Shown: piece by piece, positions 54,395 through 64,000 of the stretch
How positions within the stretch are numbered: position 1 is the stretch's first letter
How the letters are laid out: every line of letters begins with the position of its first letter
Made by a program: the position numbers and the translations under genes
The notes under the pieces: generated by a model
Database searches by the model: none
What the model saw: only the letters and a program-made list of their open reading frames with translations
Told to the model about the DNA's origin: nothing
Assembly: GCA_964016885.1 (NCBI GenBank)
Contig: OZ024743.1
Location: 156,922,001-156,986,000 of the forward strand
DNA: 64,000 bases
From: Eledone cirrhosa
Taxonomy: Eukaryota
Direction of reading: 5' to 3'

Positions 54395-54457
54395 ATTTTG
54401 TCTGATGAAGGCATACCATAATGTAACTTGGTATCCTTGAAATATATATAATGAAAT
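54395..54457 (+). ncRNA. Type I hammerhead ribozyme (family B variant)
   Basis: attttgt-CTGATGA-aggcatacca(..)tggtatcctt-GAAA-tatata-TA-atgaaat. Confidence 0.75.
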
Positions 54458-54497
54458 AAATATGGTTTTATAAATATAGTTTCCAATTATTAATATC

Positions 54498-54584
<87 letters not shown>

Positions 54585-54669
54585 AACGAGTATTACCCAC
54601 TCTACTACCCTAAGTATTGAGTACTTTGGTGCGTTATGGTCAACCTGGTTCCTTACCACATTTCCTCCG

Positions 54670-54712
<43 letters not shown>

Positions 54713-55184
54713 TATACATATATGTATATATATATACATGATGGCTGACCCCTCGTTATCGAGTATGACCATTGCACGATATACCATTATTAATAATTAT
54801 TAATTAATTCTATCGTGCAAGTCATAGTTTGTCAAGTGAGGAAAAACTGTGCACTGAGCCAATCCCACTCTCTGAGCGACAGTAGTTATAACCCGAAAAG
54901 AAGAAAAGATCAACATCATCGGTAACTACTGAGCCGCAGGTTTTATATCGGAGTTATCCCAGTTTCCTGAGTTGCCTTCTCCTAGAAGAATGTCTTGACA
55001 AAGGCTACGGGTCCTTCACGTCCACTGATTTAACCGCGCGATCGGATATCCAGCCCGACTATTTCTATGTCCCCGCGCATATACATATACATATACATGT
55101 GTATATATATACATATTTACTCAAACGGCCACACGCACACGCACACACACACCCACCCACACGCACAGACACAAACACACACAC

Positions 55185-55240
<56 letters not shown>

Positions 55241-55264
55241 TAATATATATATATATATATATTA

Positions 55265-56590
55265 GTATAACACTGGTGGGTTATATCTTTAGTAGTAGAG
55301 CACACAGTCCATGGGAAGATTTTGGTAGAAATAGTTCCACAACAGTTAATATACCATTTCCGAGAACAATTACCTTCACCTTACACAGATCGCCAGTTCG
55401 GTTTAAATGAGATTATGCAGAAAAGGAAAATAATTATACGAATACGCATGTGCAGAATAAGTTCTTCCCATAGGAGAGGGAACGTGCGTTAGATCTACGA
55501 GAGGGAGGAAATTGCAAACATTCAAAATATAAGAGATTATTCATGCTATTCTGTCTTGTGGTTATGTCCGGTAGTCTGTCTAGAACTTTAAAATTACGTA
55601 ATAGATGTTTCGAAACGTGCGGACAACATCAGTGGAATTCAGAACTTGTATTTAGACAAGCGTTATTACGCAAATTCCTCAAAATATTGATTCTTTCTTC
55701 AATGCACAGCCCACAAGCCCGATCCTATTTCCGTATGACTTATACTTGGTTATAACTTTCCATTGAATGGAGTAATCCTTGATGGTCTATATGTGGATTG
55801 CGTTTCTTCATGTGATCATTTCTCGACAGATGATTGAGGACACGTTCTTTAGACCAGCGCTCCGCCATACCTAAATAGGATTTGACCTCTCGTTGTTGAT
55901 TTGGTCGGTTAGAAGTGACTACAGCTTCATAAATTACGGGGAGTGTGCTTCGCTGTTGTTGAAGGGGATAAGCTTCAGCCCTTCGGGGAGAGCACCCTGG
56001 TGGGGTTCTGTTCTTAGTGTTGTTGATGATGCGGACATTTATATTCTTAGCACAGTTGTAGCCTAATTTTTCCCTGTGACTGTTAAAGATGGAGTGGTAT
56101 TTATGACCTATGGAGAAGTACCTATATGTGATAGCTAAACATCTTTTACCCAGATTACACTTAACATTTTGTGAGAAAGGGGGGGGGCTTATTTTTCTAT
56201 TAACACGACTTATTTTCTATTACTGTTGGCGTTATAGGGGGAGTAAAAAATTGATTCTGAGGAGCCGCTATTAGCTAATGCCGCATTGTAATGTGGATCG
56301 CTCTGTCAAAGATTGCTTTATTAGAAGAGATTTTAGAGATTCTAGTGCCGTTATTTTTCACGATGCTTCTGAATACTGTAGGTGGGCGACATGTGTCTTT
56401 GTGTATGTAATTTAGTTTTTCATTAAGTTTATGGAAGGGTCTAAACGTATGTGTTTGTAGATCAACATTTATGTCTAAGTAATCTACGCTAGTTAGTAGC
56501 TAGTAAGGTTAGAAGTTTCTCTGATCCTAAGTCATTAACTGTTGCAATTAAATCTCTGGGAAATGGGGAATTAACTGTTGTAGAACTACA
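55265..56590 (-). pseudogene. Decayed Naiad-like PLE 3' half (RT thumb and GIY-YIG)
   Basis: VIYEAVV...YLGMAE..KER..NH, CGLCIEER..LN..SE...CPH. The 55270-55400 flank resembles 43690-43800. Confidence 0.65.
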
Positions 56591-56600
56591 CCCACACACA

Positions 56601-56666
<66 letters not shown>

Positions 56667-56820
56667 TAATGAATTAGTATATCTACCAACATATTTATAC
56701 AGAAGTATACTTACGCTAGCAAGATATTGGTTTTGTCTTAGTAACTTTGTGGTTCAATACAAAAATTTAGAACAATTATATGAAAGACGTAAAATACACT
56801 TACTGTTGGGACAAACCTCG

Positions 56821-56861
<41 letters not shown>

Positions 56862-56908
56862 AAAGACGCAAAATAAGAAAATTATAATAATTAACTTACT
56901 TAAGTTTC

Positions 56909-56985
56909 ACTCCAACTAATTAGTTTCTGAAAGGGGATATACATAGTGTTCAAAACTATGGAGAATCGTTTCTTCATCAGGGAGT
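56909..56985 (-). ncRNA. Type I hammerhead ribozyme (R1 variant)
   Basis: Reverse complement of 57306-57382 with one substitution in stem II. Confidence 0.7.
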
Positions 56986-57305
56986 CAATTCTCGGCTAAG
57001 ATCCCTGGCGATAGGTGGACACAGGGAGCTCAAACAAAAATAATTCAGTGAATGGAAAAAAAGCAAGCGCGGATTAAATTTCAAGACACTGAAAATGTCA
57101 CTGGCTACCCGGTCAGAGGCAAATTCAAAAGAGTCAATCACGTGACATCGAGGTTAATCAGTGAGGAGTGGCGTGTTAAAAAGACAGTAGCCAAAATGTT
57201 ACTATGAACCATAGTAGTAATTTAGCCAAATTTTTGCTCAACAGAATAATTTGGAGATAATTATAAAGAATTAGAATATCTACCAGGGATCTTAGCCGAG
57301 AATTG

Positions 57306-57382
57306 ACTCCCTGATGAAGAAACGATTCTCCATAGTTTTGAACACTATGTATATCCCATTTCAGAAACTAATTAGTTGGAGT
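57306..57382 (+). ncRNA. Type I hammerhead ribozyme (R1 variant)
   Basis: actcc-CTGATGA-a-gaaacg...catttc-a-GAAA-ctaattag-TT-ggagt. Confidence 0.75.
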
Positions 57383-57433
57383 GAAACTTAAGTAAGTAAG
57401 TTAATTATTATAATTTTCTTGTTTTGCGTCTTT

Positions 57434-57465
<32 letters not shown>

Positions 57466-57540
57466 AATCGAGGTTTGTCCCAACAGTAAGTGTACCGATG
57501 CTATATTTAAATGTATTAGAAGCATATGAAATTACAAGTT

Positions 57541-57667
57541 TTCTTCTTCTTCTTCTTCTTCTTCTTCTTCTTCTTCTTCTTCTTCTTCTTCTTCTTCTTC
57601 TTCTTCTTCTTCTTCTTCTTCTTCTTCTTCTTCTTCTTCTTCTTCTTCTTCTTCTTCTTCTTCTTCA
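57541..57667. repeat. (TTC)n microsatellite
   Basis: Direct reading. Confidence 0.95.
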
Positions 57668-58154
57668 GTAACCGTTTGCACCTGATACTTCTGGATCCCC
57701 AGCTGACACCAGCCAAGCTTTTGGATGTTATCTAACATAGGAAATGCATTTAAGAATTATAAAATTGGCTAAGAGGTGCGTCATCAGCGGGGAATTAGAA
57801 CCTCTGGAACGGATCAGCTATATGTACCTAGGCCAGTGTAGTAAGTAGTAAACTAGACGCTCAGTGTCACTTAGCTTGACTCCAAATGGGATTAGGGATT
57901 AGGGATTACAGGCGATGTCTTGGTTTAATGTAGACATTTAATTCCTGAATGGCATTGTTTTTACGATTTACGAGTTTGGAACCCAATGGGTTCGTAGACT
58001 AGATGTTTTCTTTTTAGTTTCTTGCTTTTTGGCTTTGTTTTCCGAGTGCAATTTTTACGTATAGGGCATTCAATGATTGCTTACATTTTTTCTGGGTGTC
58101 TCTGCGTTCGGATGTTTGTGTTTGATGGTCCTACGTCCTTCCTTGCATATATGA

Positions 58155-58765
58155 ATGGTGGCTGCCAACTCGTTTTCGAGTACGGCCACTACTTTATATC
58201 CATGTAGGAGAACCCCTACGGATGCGCTGAACGAGTGTGACTTTTTAGTCCAGCCAGCGATTTGAAAACTCTGGTACAAACACTACACTTTTGACAATTA
58301 TTGACACATAGTGCTGGGCCCATGGTACCATCTGACGACAAGTGCAGAGAGATCTCCAGATATAAAGCAATGCCTGTGCCGTGAAGCTTTTATAGTGAGC
58401 AAAGGCACTGCACAAAGCCAGTCCCACTCTCTTAAACAAGATGATATGTACCAAAAAGAAGAACAAGTCAACATCATTGGATACCATCAGGGTTGCAGGT
58501 GTTATATCAGAGTTTTCCTTCTCCTAGAATTCTGCCTTGACAAAGGCTAAGGGGTCATCTCTCCCGGTGATTTTGGATGGCCATTGACTCTTAAGAGCTC
58601 CTTTGCCCTTTGACAGGTTTTGTTTTTAGTCCTGCAGGATGTCCAAAGTCACCCTCCTCACCAAGAAACCTTGGTGGGGTTGCCAGTTTAGTCGCCAACG
58701 ACCCGACCATGAGACAGGTTGTACTGGGATACATGTTACCAGTAGCACCAACTGGTGACCTGACA
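58155..58765 (-). mobile_element. Third copy of the non-autonomous RTE-derived element
   Basis: High identity to 47730-48342. Flanked by a direct duplication of about 88 bp (58059-58154 / 58767-58863). Confidence 0.75.
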
Positions 58766-58921
58766 GTATAGGGCATTCAATGATTGCTTACATTTTTTCT
58801 GGGTGTCTCTGCGTTCGGATGTTTGTGTTTGATGGTCCTACGTCCTTCCTTGCATATATGAATACATATATGTATATAAACAAATGATGGTTGGAAGATC
58901 ACTGATGAAGGACTAACTTTA

Positions 58922-58970
<49 letters not shown>

Positions 58971-59398
58971 TATTTGGCAATATACTGTATGCTTAGTTAA
59001 AAACATTTTGAAGACCTTGCGCTATTAGTTTAAGGTAGTGACTATGTCACTTATTTCTTTTTTCTACAAACAAAAAAGGGAGATAAGCTTGCAGATCAGT
59101 TTCACACTCTTGGTGATCATCAGAACTTAGCAATCGCCGATGTTTGTTGAAAATGATAGATGCTGGTATCTTATAGAATTCCAGTAATAACCAGGTACTG
59201 ATTATACAGAGTGATTGCCGATCCAGCAAAAATTGAAAATTAGGATTGGTGCTCTGAAATATCGATGTATACATGAATATATATAGTATATTTCGCAATA
59301 TACCGTATGCTTAATTAAAAACATTTTGAAGACCTTGCGCTACTATTTTAAAGTAGTCACTTACTTCTTTTTTCAACAAACAAAGCATATATATATAT

Positions 59399-62794
<3,396 letters not shown>

Positions 62795-62799
<5 letters not shown>

Positions 62800-63511
62800 C
62801 AACTAGAAATTGATTGACATATATATATATATTTAAAATGAACACATGAAACAATCACGGGATAATTTGTAAACTGTGTAATCACACACAGCTAGGTAGG
62901 TAACTAATTAAAGTTTAACTAGAGCTTCAAATATTACCTTTTAAAAAAAGATTAATCCTCCTTGTATATATTTCATTAAAAAAATATATTTCACAAAAAA
63001 TCTGTAAAGTCACAGTAGTTAAATGTTAGATCATCAGCAAGGAGGAAGAAATAACTGTCTGTGTTTACACATCAAATGCAAATCTGCGAGTAACCCGTCG
63101 CACGTGCTGCAATTCTAAAACTACTAACAGCATGCTAGCGTCCTCCAAATGGCGTGAATTGGGTGGCGGACAGCTATAAATAGCAGCCAAGTCCTTTCAA
63201 CCGATTTAGCTCTACAATTAAGGGGCCGTTTATATATCCGAAATAAATTAAATTAAATTAAATTAAATTAAATTAAAGGAGACATGTGCAATTTACACTG
63301 TAGAATAAGCTCAAAGATTCCAATGAATAGATCCGAGCATTTTATATCAACTAGAAATTGATTGATATATACATATATATATTTAAAATAAACACATGAA
63401 ACATTCACAGGGGATAATTTGTAAAGTGTGTAATCACACACAGCTAGGTAGATAACTAATTAAAGTTTAACTAGAGCTTCAAATATTACCTTTTAAAAAA
63501 TGATTAATCCT
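62795..63511 (-). mobile_element. Terminally redundant non-coding element (about 548-nt period), retrozyme-like
   Basis: 62795-62959 is repeated at 63343-63511. Internal HHR. (TA)n flanks. Confidence 0.65.
62957..63045 (-). ncRNA. Type I hammerhead ribozyme
   Basis: cctccttg-CTGATGA-...-GAAA-tata-TA-caaggagg; perfect 8-bp stem I, poorly defined stem II. Confidence 0.7.
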
Positions 63512-63532
63512 ATATATATATATATATATATA

Positions 63533-63880
63533 CTTCGTTTCTGAATTTGTTTAGCAAGATTTTTTATCTGAAAACGTGTGTTGAAATCGATATTGTTATA
63601 CTTTGGGAGGGTCATGTTGCCAATAACTAATACACACACCATGCTTTCAATTCAATTTATTATAAATTTCCGGTTGGTTGGTTGGTTCCACAACCGGATG
63701 GTTGTTCATATATTGTCAAAGTTATTTCGTCGCACATGATGCGACCTCTTCAGTGACTGGGGATGTTTTTCTTTGTTTTTTGCCTCTCCTTTGTTCTGTC
63801 TTAAGCCATCTTGTTTTTGTGTGTGTTTGCTTGCTTAGTTTGCGCATGTTACATGCGGGTGTATTTGTGTGTTTTTATTT
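63533..63880 (-). mobile_element. PLE family A solo pseudo-LTR fragment
   Basis: Homologous to 44328-44700. Confidence 0.8.
63715..63757 (-). ncRNA. Type I hammerhead ribozyme (PLE family A)
   Basis: gtca-CTGAAGA-g-gtcgca(tcatg)tgcgac-GAAA-taac-TT-tgac. Confidence 0.8.
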
Positions 63881-64000
63881 GTTGAGTAAAACTTTAGGCA
63901 TTATTCGGCTGCGCTTACTAGCAACCAGCCAACTCGCCGACGGGGACCTGTCACAAACTTTCTGATTTGACCACTAGCCACGTGAAGATTCTTAGCCATT

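Larger units (their letters stand above)
56660..57493. mobile_element. Diverged R1-family unit (minus) with an inverted HHR-bearing end
   Basis: Shares aatcacgtgacatcgagg and aataatttggagataattataaagaatt with 39.5-40.5 kb. 56803-57008 is inverted at 57283-57493. Confidence 0.75.

Overview
This is AT-rich, microsatellite-dense animal DNA. The SINE and repeat repertoire suggests an octopod cephalopod (inference). I can support no host protein-coding exon; the window is almost all mobile DNA. It holds a near-intact two-ORF Tx1/L1-clade LINE sitting in (AAT)n, with further decayed copies, and two R4/Dong-type RT+REL retrotransposons. It also holds RTE LINE remnants and non-autonomous RTE derivatives, tRNA-derived SINEs, Helitron derivatives, and several Penelope-like elements (PLEs; RT+GIY-YIG). 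The main signal not visible in the ORF track is about 21 type-I hammerhead ribozyme (HHR) motifs with intact CUGANGA/GAAA cores, read by eye, in roughly a dozen sequence families. Most have a palindromic stem III, and several show compensatory changes between copies. Some lie in PLE pseudo-LTRs. Others define non-coding 429-548 nt units in tandem, terminally redundant or inverted arrangements inside (TA)n tracts, which makes them candidate retrozymes or circular-RNA-derived elements. Folds were paired by hand and element boundaries are approximate.
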